Positions 18,890-29,768 of a DNA stretch of 64,000 nucleotides are shown piece after piece (the stretch's first letter is position 1; each line of letters starts with the position of its first letter). The stretch is from assembly GCA_965223155.1 (NCBI GenBank), contig CBDCVR010000014.1, positions 1 to 64,000 on the forward strand, given 5' to 3'. The notes below the pieces were generated by a model. That model saw nothing but the letters and a program-made list of their open reading frames with translations. It had not been told where the DNA came from and searched no databases. The translations under genes and the position numbers were made by a program. This DNA is from Candidatus Multivoradales bacterium (GTDB lineage: Bacteria; Acidobacteriota; Thermoanaerobaculia; Multivoradales; JAHEKO01).

Positions 18890-19407
18890 GTTCTTTGAGT
18901 CTAGGCATTTCGGCGGTCCTGCTGAGTCTGGAACGGATCTGCTACGTCTGGGCCTGGCGCGCGCCCGATTCCTTTCGCAAATTTTGCGAGCATCGGGCCG
19001 TCGCCCCGTTTGGCGAGCCGACCCAGGTTCTACAGAAGCTCTTTTACGGGTTCAAAGCGATTCAGCTAACGGTGTTTTTCGGCTGGTGCTATTGGTACGG
19101 CGGCCACAGCGGCGAGGCCCTGTGGACGGCCATTGGCAGCGCTTTGATTCTCATCGGCCAGGCGCTCAATTTCTGCGTGTTTTATCGCCTGGGCCGAGTC
19201 GGCGTCTTTTACGGCGTTAAATTCGGCTACCATGTGCCCTGGTGTCGAAAATTCCCGTTTTCCCTGCTGCAACATCCCCAATACGTCGGCGCCTTGGTCT
19301 CCATCTGGGGCTTTTTCTTGGCCATGCGCTTTCCGTATGAGGATTGGTTTATGCTGCCGACCCTCGAAACGGTGTACTACGCCGTGGCGACCCGTTTAGA
19401 GCGGTGA
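18886..19407 (+). CDS. Phospholipid N-methyltransferase (PEMT/PLMT, eukaryote-like)
   Basis: GQALNFCVFYRLGRVGVFYGVKFG...FPFSLLQHPQYVG; ATGA overlap with the upstream gene. Confidence 0.82.
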   Translation: MSSLSLGISAVLLSLERICYVWAWRAPDSFRKFCEHRAVAPFGEPTQVLQKLFYGFKAIQLTVFFGWCYWYGGHSGEALWTAIGSALILIGQALNFCVFYRLGRVGVFYGVKFGYHVPWCRKFPFSLLQHPQYVGALVSIWGFFLAMRFPYEDWFMLPTLETVYYAVATRLER

Positions 19408-19408
19408 G

Positions 19409-20674
19409 CTACAGACATCCGTCTTCAGCCAACTGTTGTTGTTCCTCGGCCGACAGGCCGAGCAGCTCGCCAAACACATAGGCGTTGTGTTGCCCCACCT
19501 GCGGGGCTGGTCCCCGGATCTGGGGCGGCGTCTCGCTGAGTTTCCAGGGGATGCTGTGCATGTATTCGACGCCGGTAAATGGGTGATCGATCTGCTCATG
19601 CGTGCGCCGCGCCTGCAGATGCGCATCCTCGCCGCGCCCCGCCACCGTGCGCAGGGGCATGGCCGCCAGACCCGCCGCCTGTAATTGCCGCGCCGCCGCC
19701 TCGACGTCTTGGGTTTGCGTCCACGCCGCAATCTCTGCTTCAAGCGCCTCGCGATGTTCTTGGCGCCCAGCCAGGGTCTCAAAACGCGGATCTTGCGCCA
19801 GTTGCGGTCGCCCCATGACGCGGCACAGCGACCGCCACTCCGCCTCCGAACGCGCCGCCAAGGCCAGCCAGACATCATCGCCGCGGCATGGGAAATAGCC
19901 GTGCGGCGCCATCATCGGATGGGCATTGCCCTGCGGCCCCGGCGCGCGCTGGTTCATCGTGGCCTCGGCAAATCCCTCAGCCAGCAGCGTGGTGGTCGCC
20001 TCCCAGGCCGACAGGTCGATAAACTGCCCCTCGCCTGTGCGCTGCCGATGGAACAAAGCCAGCAACAGCGCGTAGACGCCGAACATGCCGGCGTTCCAGT
20101 CCGCGTAGGCAATATCGATGTGTTGGGGCTCGGCGTCGCCCTCAAAGCCGATAAGGCTGGCGAAACCGGAGAGACCGTGCAGATTAAACGCATAGGCGCG
20201 GGTGTCGCGGTATGGTCCGTGCTGCCCGGCGACGCTAATCGACAGCATGATCAGATCCGGCCGCGCCTGCGTCAAGGCGTCATAGTGCAGATTGTACTTG
20301 GGCAGCACGTCGGGCGTAAAATTATCGACGACGATATCGCTGATCGCCGCCAGGCGGCGAATCAAGTCTGCGCCGCGCTCAGTGGTGAAATTGATCGTCA
20401 CCCCAAGCTTGCCGCGGTTCACGGCGTGAAACCACGTATTGCACTCGCGCGCCTCGGTCCAGGGCTTGCCGCGCATCGGATTGTACGGCCCCGGGCCATA
20501 ACGCAGCAAATCCACCCGCTCCTGCGACTCGATTTTAATCACCTCGGCGCCGAAATCCGCCAACACGTGCCCCGGTATGGCGCCGGCCCAGGCCGTGCCG
20601 AAATCGAGCACGCGAATGCCTTTAAGCGCCCCGCTTTGTTTCAGCGCCTCCCATGACGGCGTCATCATCACCAC
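19409..20674 (-). CDS. Family III CoA-transferase (CaiB/BaiF)
   Basis: LKGIRVLDF, LADFGAEVIKIE, NRGK, DIVVDNF. Confidence 0.9.
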   Translation of the reverse strand: MVMMTPSWEALKQSGALKGIRVLDFGTAWAGAIPGHVLADFGAEVIKIESQERVDLLRYGPGPYNPMRGKPWTEARECNTWFHAVNRGKLGVTINFTTERGADLIRRLAAISDIVVDNFTPDVLPKYNLHYDALTQARPDLIMLSISVAGQHGPYRDTRAYAFNLHGLSGFASLIGFEGDAEPQHIDIAYADWNAGMFGVYALLLALFHRQRTGEGQFIDLSAWEATTTLLAEGFAEATMNQRAPGPQGNAHPMMAPHGYFPCRGDDVWLALAARSEAEWRSLCRVMGRPQLAQDPRFETLAGRQEHREALEAEIAAWTQTQDVEAAARQLQAAGLAAMPLRTVAGRGEDAHLQARRTHEQIDHPFTGVEYMHSIPWKLSETPPQIRGPAPQVGQHNAYVFGELLGLSAEEQQQLAEDGCL

Positions 20675-21152
20675 TCCCGGCTCCTCTCACGTCCACACCG
20701 CCAAGCCCATCGCCTCCAGGTTCTCTCGCGCCTATCTCTAGCGCAGGCTCGCCGTGAAGTCAAGCCCGCGGCGAGCGCCATGTGCTCCCCATACCATCAC
20801 CTCATGCAACCACCCCACACAATCAACGGTTGACAAGGCGGCGGTTTCCCGAGACAATTGGCTGCAAGTGGCTCAATCTGTTAGAGATGCATCGCGGCGC
20901 GGTCCTGTTGTCCACGATGACGCCTGATCTGGCGCCAAGGGCGAACCCGACGCCACGGCGGGTGTCTTCTGACAATAACTAAACAATTTAGCGGTATACT
21001 TATCATATATGATGGCCGTGACCCGGCAATCCATCGATCGCCAGGTCAAAACTGAAAACCTCATACCGATCATTGCCGCTTCGGGTTATTGCTTCATCAT
21101 GTTACGATGATAGCATTATAAGTCAAAGTTTAGCGGCGAGGAGGTAGCCAGC

Positions 21153-22712
21153 TTGACAAACACGTTCAGATGCTCCGACGACGGTTTGGATGCGCTACTC
21201 GACGTCATGCCTCCGCACATTCGGGAGGCATTCGAAATCCACCCCCAACGCGAGGACCTGATCGAGATTATCCTCGACCTCGGACGCCCGCCCGAAGCCC
21301 GCACCCCAGGCAAGATGACCGCCTTGGCTCCCAATCCGGTGGAACGCGATGATATCGACCATGTGGTCAAGCGCATCGGCGCCTTTGGCAAAGACAATCG
21401 CGCCGGCATTGAGCGCACGCTGCACCGCATCTCCGCCATCCGCAATCGCGTGGGAACGGTGATCGGCCTGACCTGCCGGGTCGGCCGGGCGGTGCGCGGC
21501 ACGGTGGACATCTTGCGCGACGTGATCGAACTCGAGCGCTCGATTCTCTTGCTCGGGCGCCCCGGCGTGGGCAAAACCACGATTTTGCGCGAAGCGGCGC
21601 GCGTCTTGGCCGACGATCTCAACAAACGCGTGGTGATCGTGGACACTTCTAACGAGATCGCGGGCGACGGCGACATCCCACACCCCGGCATCGGCCGCGC
21701 CCGGCGCATGCAAGTGGCGACGCCGAGCGATCAGCACGCGGTGATGATCGAGGCGGTGGAAAATCACATGCCCGAGGTTATCGTCATTGACGAAATCGGC
21801 ACCGAGGCCGAGGCCCTGGCGGCGCGCACCATTGCCGAGCGCGGCGTGCAGCTCATCGCCACGGCGCACGGCAACGCCCTCGATAATTTGATGCAAAACC
21901 CGACGCTCTCCGACCTCGTCGGCGGCATTCAAGCGGTCACCCTGGGCGATGACGAGGCGCGGCGCCGCGGCACGCGCAAAACCGTGCTGGAGCGCAAGGC
22001 GCCGCCGACGTTTGAGGTGCTGGTGGAAATTCAGGAGCGCGACCGCCTGGCGGTGCACCACGATGTGGCGCACGTCGTCGACATGTCGCTGCGGGGCCTG
22101 CCCCTGCGGGCGGAGTTACGCTTACGCGATGAAGATGGCAAGGTGGAAATTCGCCAGGCGCCGGCGCCGGCGCCGGCCGAGACGCGCATGGCGCAGGTCA
22201 CCGAGTTGCGGCCAGCGGCGGGGCCAAGGCTGCGCTTACCCAATCGCAAGACCTTGCGCATCTTTCCCTATGCGGTTAATCGCAGCCGTCTCGACCAGGC
22301 AATTCGCATCTGCCAGGCGTCGGTGCAAGTCGTCAACAATGTCGATGAAGCGGACATGATTTTGATGCTCAAATCACACGAGCGACACCAGCCCAAGCGG
22401 CTGCAATTCGCCTTGTCGCAGGGCATGCCGTTACACGTGCTGCGCAACAACACCGTGACGCAAATTACCTACTTTCTGCGCTCTATTGCGGAGCAGCGCG
22501 AGCCTCAGCCCGAGCGCGACGCCGCGATGCGGGAAGTGGAACTGGCGGTGCGCGACGTGATGGAAAACCGTCGCCCGGTGGAACTGGCGCCGCAAAAAAC
22601 CTCGGTGCGGCGCTTGCAACATCAGTTTGCCGAAGGCTACGGCTTAAACACGGAGAGCACCGGCTCGGAGCCGCGCCGCCGGGTGGTGATCTATCCAGCC
22701 GCGGGTGTATAG
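21153..22712 (+). CDS. Ycf45/SpoIIIAA-like AAA ATPase with C-terminal R3H domain
   Basis: [39 protein letters not shown]. Confidence 0.9.
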   Translation: MTNTFRCSDDGLDALLDVMPPHIREAFEIHPQREDLIEIILDLGRPPEARTPGKMTALAPNPVERDDIDHVVKRIGAFGKDNRAGIERTLHRISAIRNRVGTVIGLTCRVGRAVRGTVDILRDVIELERSILLLGRPGVGKTTILREAARVLADDLNKRVVIVDTSNEIAGDGDIPHPGIGRARRMQVATPSDQHAVMIEAVENHMPEVIVIDEIGTEAEALAARTIAERGVQLIATAHGNALDNLMQNPTLSDLVGGIQAVTLGDDEARRRGTRKTVLERKAPPTFEVLVEIQERDRLAVHHDVAHVVDMSLRGLPLRAELRLRDEDGKVEIRQAPAPAPAETRMAQVTELRPAAGPRLRLPNRKTLRIFPYAVNRSRLDQAIRICQASVQVVNNVDEADMILMLKSHERHQPKRLQFALSQGMPLHVLRNNTVTQITYFLRSIAEQREPQPERDAAMREVELAVRDVMENRRPVELAPQKTSVRRLQHQFAEGYGLNTESTGSEPRRRVVIYPAAGV

Positions 22713-22758
22713 ACGGCATGCAAGAGACGGAGTGAGAAGGGCCCGATTGACGTGAACG

Positions 22759-24009
22759 TCAATCGGGCTCCCAACTGTGGAAATCTACTGACAGGGGGGC
22801 TGGCGTGGCGCGTTCCGCAGCGGGCTCCGGCCACCAACGATCCTCGTACTCACCCCACATTTGCTTCAAGTAGGGCATCACCTCTTTAGCGAACAGATCC
22901 GTGTTGCGTTGCGTCACTTCCGGCGGCATGTTGCCGAAGTGGCAAAGCGCCATGAGGTGCCCCACGCGCATACTCTTCAGCGCCTCGCCCAACTGCTCGC
23001 GCACCGTGCTCGGGCTGCCGGCGATGACGTAGCCCTGATCGACAAAATCCTTGAACGTCAAATCGGCCCGCGCCTTGGCCGCAGCCAGACCGAACTGCGG
23101 TTTAAAGCCGCGGCGCAACGTCGCCTGAGTGCGATAACCCGGCGCATCCGCAAAGCCTTCGTAGACGTGCAGGCAGCGATTGTAGAAATAATCCGCATAC
23201 GGCCCGTAAATGCGCTCGGCCTCGGCGTCCGTCTCCGCCACGCCAACGAGCTGCAGGAAGCCGACGCGGTAGGGATTGGGCTCAATGCCGCGCTGGTCCA
23301 CCACTTCCCAAAAGCCATCCAGGACTTCCTTGCCGCGCTTGTAGCCATAGTAGCTCAAGTAGCAGTAGCAATAATCATTATCTAGGCACCAATCCCAGGT
23401 CTCGATGCTGCCGCCGCCAGGAATCCAGATCGGCGGGTGCGGCTTTTGCAGCGGCCGGGGCCAGATATTGACGTAGCGCAACTGCGTGTACTTGCCGTTG
23501 AAGCTAAAGGGATCGGGGCGCGTCCAGGATTGGATGATGAGATCGTGCGCCTCGCGGTATTTGTCCCGCAGCGCCATGGGCGACTCGCCGTAGGCGAAAT
23601 TCGTATCCATCGAACTGCCCACTGGGAATCCAGCCACCAGGCGGCCGCCGCTCATCACATCGAGCATAGCGAACTCTTCGGCCACGCGCAGCGGCGGATT
23701 GTAGAGCGCAATGCTGTTGCCCAGCACGATCAGCGCCGACTGCGACGTGCGCCGCGTCAAGGCCGCGGCCATCAGATTCGGCGACGGCATGAGGCCGTAG
23801 GCGTTGGCGTGGTGCTCATTGACGCACAGGCCATCAAAGCCGGCCTTTTCAGCAAATTCCAGCTCGTCTAGATAATCGTTGTAGATCACATGCCCCTTTT
23901 CCGGGTCGTACAAGTCGCTGGGCACATCCACCCAGACGCTGCGGTATTTCTCTTTGAAGTCATCCGGTAAATACGGATAGGGCATGAGGTGAAACCAATT
24001 CACTTTCAT
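22759..24009 (-). CDS. LLM-class flavin/F420-dependent oxidoreductase
   Basis: GFDGLCVNEHH, PLRVAEEFAMLD, PRPLQKPHPPIW. Confidence 0.9.
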   Translation of the reverse strand: MKVNWFHLMPYPYLPDDFKEKYRSVWVDVPSDLYDPEKGHVIYNDYLDELEFAEKAGFDGLCVNEHHANAYGLMPSPNLMAAALTRRTSQSALIVLGNSIALYNPPLRVAEEFAMLDVMSGGRLVAGFPVGSSMDTNFAYGESPMALRDKYREAHDLIIQSWTRPDPFSFNGKYTQLRYVNIWPRPLQKPHPPIWIPGGGSIETWDWCLDNDYCYCYLSYYGYKRGKEVLDGFWEVVDQRGIEPNPYRVGFLQLVGVAETDAEAERIYGPYADYFYNRCLHVYEGFADAPGYRTQATLRRGFKPQFGLAAAKARADLTFKDFVDQGYVIAGSPSTVREQLGEALKSMRVGHLMALCHFGNMPPEVTQRNTDLFAKEVMPYLKQMWGEYEDRWWPEPAAERATPAPLSVDFHSWEPD

Positions 24010-24372
24010 CGGCCATCTCCTGTGTGGCTAGGGCGCTCCATGGACCCATATCCCGCTCGCGCGTCGATTGCAAACGTTGACTGCCCATGGCTTGTATCAC
24101 AATCGCGCGCCAGGCGCAAGGCGCCACCCTAAGGCGCTAGCCGTTCTCGCTCCCTACGGCGGCTGCGCCTTTACCGGCCCCGCCGGCATGAGCAAGTCCA
24201 CCTTCGCCGCCGCCTTCCACCGCGCTGGCGACGCCATTTTCAGCGATCTGCAGCAAGCGCCGCGACATCGCCAGAAACCGTTTTGGGCTTGACGCGAGCA
24301 TCGCGTTGCATAAGATAGTGGCGGTGTTTTATGTCGCTACTACTTTGATATCTCTAGATATGGAGGAAAAGC

Positions 24373-25392
24373 ATGCAACGGTTGTTCAAAATCACAGCGC
24401 TATTGGGAGTGGCCACGCTGGTGTGGTTCGGCGCGGCGCAAGCCGGCAAAGACCTCGACGCCATCAAGGCCAATGGCGTGATTAAATGCGGCGTCAGCAC
24501 CGGGCTGGCGGGTTTTTCCATTGCCGACAGCAAGGGCAATTACACCGGCCTCGACGCCGAATTTTGCAAAGCCCTGGCCGCCGCCGTGCTGGGCGACGCC
24601 TCGAAAGTCACGTACGCGCCGCTCTCGGCGCAGCAGCGCTTCACCGCCCTGCAGTCGGGCGAGGTCGACCTGTTGAGCCGCAACACCACCTGGACCCTGA
24701 CGCGCGACGCCTCGCTCGGCCTGGTGTTCGCCGGGGTGCTGTTCTACGACGGCCAGGGTTTTATGGTGCCCCAAAGCCTCGGGGTAAAAAGCGCTAAAGA
24801 ACTCGACGGCGCCGAGGTCTGCGTGCAGACCGGCACCACCACGGAGCTCAATCTGGCTGACTATTTCCGGGCCAACGGCATGAACTTTAAGCCCGTGGTG
24901 TTCGAAAATCTGGAAGAATCCAAGACCGCCTTTTTCAATGGCCGCTGCCAGGTCTACACCACCGACCGCTCCGGCCTCGCCTCCATCCGCTCGGCCGACG
25001 CCCCCAATGCGGACGACTACATTATCCTGCCCGAAACCATCTCCAAAGAGCCCCTGGGCCCCGTGGTGCGGCGCGGCGATGACGAGTGGTTCACCATGGT
25101 CAAATGGATGGTCTACGCCCTCATTGAAGCCGAGGAAAAAGGCGTCACCAGCCAAAACGTCGACGAGATGAAAAATAGCAAAGACCCAGCCATCCAGCGT
25201 CTACTTGGCGTCTCGGGCGACATGGGCTCCTTGATCGGGCTCGACAACGACTGGGCCGTGCGCGCCATTAAAGCTGTGGGCAATTACGGCGAACTCTACA
25301 CCCGCAACGTGCTGCCCATTGGCCTGCCGCGCGAAGGCCCCAACGCCCTCTGGACGCAGGGCGGCATGATGTACGCCATGCCTGTGCGTTAA
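24373..25392 (+). CDS. aapJ: General L-amino acid ABC substrate-binding protein
   Basis: RFTALQSGEVDLLSRNTTWT, YDGQGF, ISKEPLGP, VGNYGE. Confidence 0.88.
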   Translation: MQRLFKITALLGVATLVWFGAAQAGKDLDAIKANGVIKCGVSTGLAGFSIADSKGNYTGLDAEFCKALAAAVLGDASKVTYAPLSAQQRFTALQSGEVDLLSRNTTWTLTRDASLGLVFAGVLFYDGQGFMVPQSLGVKSAKELDGAEVCVQTGTTTELNLADYFRANGMNFKPVVFENLEESKTAFFNGRCQVYTTDRSGLASIRSADAPNADDYIILPETISKEPLGPVVRRGDDEWFTMVKWMVYALIEAEEKGVTSQNVDEMKNSKDPAIQRLLGVSGDMGSLIGLDNDWAVRAIKAVGNYGELYTRNVLPIGLPREGPNALWTQGGMMYAMPVR

Positions 25393-25410
25393 GGCAAGAG
25401 GAAGACCGGC

Positions 25411-26612
25411 ATGGCTCGCACGACGACCGGCACACCCAGGCAGGCGCCGCCGCCATCGCGCGGCTCGCTGTGGCATAACGAACGCTTCCGCAACGCGCTC
25501 TATCAGGCGCTGGCGCTCGCCTGCCTCATCGCCCTGGCGGCCTTCCTCATCTCCAATGCGCTGACCAATCTCAGCGAGCGTTCCATCCGCACCGGTTTCG
25601 ACTTTCTCGAGCGCGAGGCCGGCTTTCGCATTGGCGAAAGCCTGATTCCCTACAGCGCCCAGAGCAGCTACGGCCGCGCCTATGTCGTCGGCGTGCTCAA
25701 CACCTTGCGCGTCGCCGTCATCGGCATCGCGATGGCCACCCTCATCGGCATTCTGCTGGGCATCGCCCGCCTGTCGCCCAACTGGCTCATCGTGCAACTC
25801 GCCACAGCGTACGTCGAAACCGTGCGCAACATTCCGCTGCTGTTGCAACTGTTTTTCTGGTACGCCGTGGTCACCGGCATCCTGCCGCCGGTGCGCCAGG
25901 CCCGTCACCCTGCTGCCGGGCGTCTACCTCAGCAAGAGCGGTCTCATGTTTCCCGCCCTCGCGCCCGACCCCATCTATCGCTTCGTCATGGGCGCGCTAG
26001 TCATCGGCGTCGCCCTGGCCTGGCTGCTGGCCTACCTCGCCAAACGCCGCCAACAACGCACCGGACAGCGGCGCGCGGTCTTCCTTCCGGCTTTGGCCTG
26101 CATCATCGCCCTGCCCCTGCTGACTTGGCTGGCGGGCGGCGCGCCGACTGGTCTGGACGTCCCGACCTTAACGCGCTTTTACGTTTCAAGGCGGCAATAG
26201 CATCACGCCGGAATTTTTGGCGCTTCTCTTTGGGCTGACGACCTACACGGCGGCGTTTATCGCGGAAAACGTGCGCGGCGGCATCCAGGCTGTGCCCTGG
26301 GGCCAGACCGAAGCGGCCGCGGCCCTGGGCTTGCGGCGCGGCGCCGCGATGCGCCTGGTCATCTTGCCCCAGGCCCTGCGCATCATCATTCCGCCGACCA
26401 CGAGCCAGTACCTCAATCTCACCAAAAACAGCTCACTCGCCGTCGCCATCGGCTATCCCGACCTGGTCTCGGTCACTAATACATCGCTGAACCAAACCGG
26501 CCAGGCCATCGAGTGCATCGCTATCATGATGGCGGTGTACCTCTCCATCAGCCTGACCATTTCCCTCTGCATGAACGCCTACAACCGCTACGTCGCCTTG
26601 GTGGAGCGCTAA
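25411..26612 (+). CDS. aapQ: Amino acid ABC permease with two apparent frameshifts (~25902, ~26178)
   Basis: Three consecutive frames join into one AapQ-like protein; both shifts lie in short base runs, so probably sequencing error. Confidence 0.8.
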
Positions 26613-26615
26613 GAG

Positions 26616-27722
26616 ATGCGACAGCCGTCTACATCAACAACGATCTCGCAGCCAACGCGGCCGCCGGCAACCGCCATCGGCCCTATCGCCTGGCTGCGCC
26701 AAAATCTCTTTAGCAGTTGGTTCAACGCCCTGCTCACCGTGCTGGCGCTCTTGCTGCTCTACAAAGTCCTGCCGCCGCTAATACACTGGCTGGCCATCGA
26801 CGCCGTCTGGGGCGCGGCCGAGCCCGCGGCATGCAAAGCGGCGCATGGCGCCTGCTGGGCCATGATTCACGAAAAATACCGCCTCATTCTCTTTGGCCGC
26901 TATCCCTACGACGAGCAGTGGCGGCCGATGCTCGGCATTCTCATGCTCGTAGGGTTGATCGGGCTGAGTTGCAACCGCAACTTCTGGCGCCTGTGGCTGC
27001 TCGACGTCTGGGTCGGCGGCCTAGCGGTGTGGTTCGCCCTCATGTGGGGCGGCGTCTTCGACCTGTCCTTCGTGCCCAATAACTTATGGGGCGGCCTGCC
27101 ACTGACCCTCATGCTCACCATCATCGGCCTGGCCGTGGCCTTCCCCGTCTCCATCATCTTGGCCCTCGGACGCCGCTCCAAGCTGCCGATCATCCGCCTC
27201 ATGTGCATCGTCTACATCGAACTGATCCGCGGCGTACCGCTCATCAGCCTGCTGTTCATGGCCTCGTTCATGCTGCCGCTCTTCCTGCCCACTGGCGTCA
27301 ATTTCGACGAAGTCCTGCGCGCCCAGGTGGCCATCATCATGTTCTCCGCCGCCTACCTGGCCGAGGCCATTCGCGGCGGTCTGCAGGCCATGCCCCAGGG
27401 CCAGTACGAAGCCGCCCACGCCCTGGGCCTGACCTACTGGCAGACGCAGCGCAAAATCATTTTGCCGCAGGCGCTCAAAATTTCGATTCCATCGATTGTC
27501 AACATTTTCATTGGGCTCTTTAAAGACACCTCCCTCGTTGCGATTGTCAGCCTCTCCGACCTGCTGCTGTCCATGCGCCAAGCCATCGCCGACATCGCCT
27601 GGCGCCGCTATTTCGTCGAGGGTTATTTATTTATTGCGGTGATTTATTTCTGCGTCTGTTTTTTCATGTCCAAGTACAGCAAATACCTGGAAAACCAGCT
27701 AGAGACCGGCCATCGGCGGTGA
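26616..27722 (+). CDS. aapM: Amino acid ABC permease
   Basis: WGGLPLT, IRGVPLI, GQYEAA, FKDTSL. Confidence 0.88.
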   Translation: MRQPSTSTTISQPTRPPATAIGPIAWLRQNLFSSWFNALLTVLALLLLYKVLPPLIHWLAIDAVWGAAEPAACKAAHGACWAMIHEKYRLILFGRYPYDEQWRPMLGILMLVGLIGLSCNRNFWRLWLLDVWVGGLAVWFALMWGGVFDLSFVPNNLWGGLPLTLMLTIIGLAVAFPVSIILALGRRSKLPIIRLMCIVYIELIRGVPLISLLFMASFMLPLFLPTGVNFDEVLRAQVAIIMFSAAYLAEAIRGGLQAMPQGQYEAAHALGLTYWQTQRKIILPQALKISIPSIVNIFIGLFKDTSLVAIVSLSDLLLSMRQAIADIAWRRYFVEGYLFIAVIYFCVCFFMSKYSKYLENQLETGHRR

Positions 27723-27741
27723 TGAGCAAGGGGAAAGCGAG

Positions 27742-28499
27742 ATGAGCGAATCGACATCCAACCACGCCATGGTCGACCTGCGCGGCGTCAACAAATGGTT
27801 TGGCCAGTTCCACGTGCTCAAAGACATCAACCTAAGCATCGCGAGGAGCGAGCGCATCGTCATCTGCGGACCCTCGGGATCGGGCAAATCGACCCTCATC
27901 CGCTGCATCAATCGCCTGGAGGAACACCAGCAAGGCCGCATCCTCGTCGACGGCGTCGAGCTGACCAACGACCTCAAAAACATCGACGCCATCCGGCGCG
28001 AAGTCGGCATGGTGTTTCAGCACTTCAATTTATATTTCCCCACCTGACCGTGTTGGAGAACTGCACCCTGTCCCCCATCTGGGTGCGCGGCCTGCCCAAA
28101 CGAGACGCCGACGACCTCGCCATGGAGTATTTAGAACGCGTGCAAATCCCGGAGCAAGCCGACAAATACCCCGGCCAGCTCTCCGGCGGCCAGCAGCAGC
28201 GCGTCGCCATCGCCCGCGCGCTGTGCATGCAGCCCAACGTCATGCTCTTTGACGAACCCACCTCGGCGCTCGACCCGGAGATGATCGCCGAGGTGCTCGA
28301 CGTCATGATCGACCTGGCCGAATCCGGCATGACCATGCTATGCGTCACGCACGAAATGGGCTTCGCCCGCAAAGTGGCGGACCGCGTGGTGTTCATGGAC
28401 GGCGGCGAGATCATCGAGGCGAACGAGCCCGAGGCGTTTTTCAGCAACCCGCAGTCGGATCGCACGAAGTTGTTTTTGAGCCAGATTTTGTCGCATTGA
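27742..28499 (+). CDS. aapP: Amino acid ABC ATPase with apparent frameshift at ~28033
   Basis: GPSGSGKST in one frame; [25 protein letters not shown] in the next; extra TA within HFNLFPH. Confidence 0.85.
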
Positions 28500-28500
28500 C
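28482..28500 (+). repeat. 19-bp direct repeat, copy 1 (3' end of aapP)
   Basis: CAGATTTTGTCGCATTGAC, identical at 29739-29757. Confidence 0.9.
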
Positions 28501-28547
28501 AAGAGGCTCCCATCGCAGCCGCCATCACCTCAAACCAGAGAAACTTA

Positions 28548-29720
28548 ATGAATTACTTCCCCCTGACTACCGAACAGCAAGCGTGGAAAGACCGGACCGC
28601 TGAGATTGCCGAGCGCGACATCGCGCCGCGAGCTGCAGATTACGACCGGAAGGCGCAATTTCCCCAGGAGTCGCTCAATACCCTGCGGGACGCCGACTTA
28701 TGGGCAATACGAGTGCCGAAACAATATGGCGGTCTCGGCCTCGATCTCGTGACGACTTGCTTAATTGTCGAGGAAATATCGAAAAAGTGCCCTTCGACGG
28801 CCATGTGCTACAAAATGCACTTGGAAGCCGTTGAGGCCATCAGTCTGATTCCCACACCTTACCAGCTTGAGCGCTACATCCAACCGCTGCTGCAAGGCGA
28901 GATGTTCGCCGCCGCGCCAGGCGGCGAGCCCCACGGCCCGTCCGGCGACGATTGGACGCCCGTGCGCCAGAAGGTCACCACCTTGCCCAGAGTTCAAGGC
29001 GGCTTTCACATCGACCACGTGCGCAAATCGTATGTCACCTCGGCCGGGTATGCGACGCACTACGTGATGTTTTGCCGCGTCGAGGGCGGCCGAACAGAGG
29101 GCCCGCCGGAACTCTTGATCTTCAAGAACGACGAGGTCGAGTGGCAAACGATTGGCGAGTGGAACGGCCTGGGCATGCGCGGCAACTGCAGCGTGCCGAT
29201 GATCTTCAACGGCATTGTGCCGGAAGCCAACCTGGTGGGTATCGAGCTGTCGGACAAAAGCGAGCCGGTCATGACCAAATACATGGCGCCCTGCCAAATT
29301 CTAACCTACGGCGCGGCCTACCTGGGCATTGCGTCGGGGGCCTTTGACATCGCCTGCGCCGAAGGCGACAGACGTTACCCCAGCGGCGCGCGCCGGCTCG
29401 ACAGCCCCATCAACCAGCGGCGCATGGCGGAGATGAGCGCTCAAATCGAGGCCGCCAGAGCGCTATTGCACGTGGCGGCGGCCATGGCGGACTCCGGGCG
29501 GGCGCCATCGGTGCTGCCCTACTTGCAAGCCAAAGCCGTCTGCTCAGAAGTCGGCGTGCGCGTGACCACAGAGCTGATGACCATGTTCGGCGGCACGGCT
29601 TTCGCGAGCCGCTTGCCCTTTGAGCGATACTTCCGGGACGCCCGCGCGGGCCTGGTCATGGGAGTGGCCAACGATACAGCTTACGACACGATCGGAACGC
29701 TACTGTTTCCGGGGAGCTGA
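28548..29720 (+). CDS. Acyl-CoA dehydrogenase-family flavoprotein
   Basis: VPKQYGGLG, WNGLGMRGN, ERYFRDAR. Confidence 0.9.
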   Translation: MNYFPLTTEQQAWKDRTAEIAERDIAPRAADYDRKAQFPQESLNTLRDADLWAIRVPKQYGGLGLDLVTTCLIVEEISKKCPSTAMCYKMHLEAVEAISLIPTPYQLERYIQPLLQGEMFAAAPGGEPHGPSGDDWTPVRQKVTTLPRVQGGFHIDHVRKSYVTSAGYATHYVMFCRVEGGRTEGPPELLIFKNDEVEWQTIGEWNGLGMRGNCSVPMIFNGIVPEANLVGIELSDKSEPVMTKYMAPCQILTYGAAYLGIASGAFDIACAEGDRRYPSGARRLDSPINQRRMAEMSAQIEAARALLHVAAAMADSGRAPSVLPYLQAKAVCSEVGVRVTTELMTMFGGTAFASRLPFERYFRDARAGLVMGVANDTAYDTIGTLLFPGS

Positions 29721-29738
29721 CCTCAAGAGAGTTGGAGT

Positions 29739-29757
29739 CAGATTTTGTCGCATTGAC
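29739..29757 (+). repeat. 19-bp direct repeat, copy 2
   Basis: CAGATTTTGTCGCATTGAC. Confidence 0.9.
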
Positions 29758-29768
29758 GAGGGGCAGAC

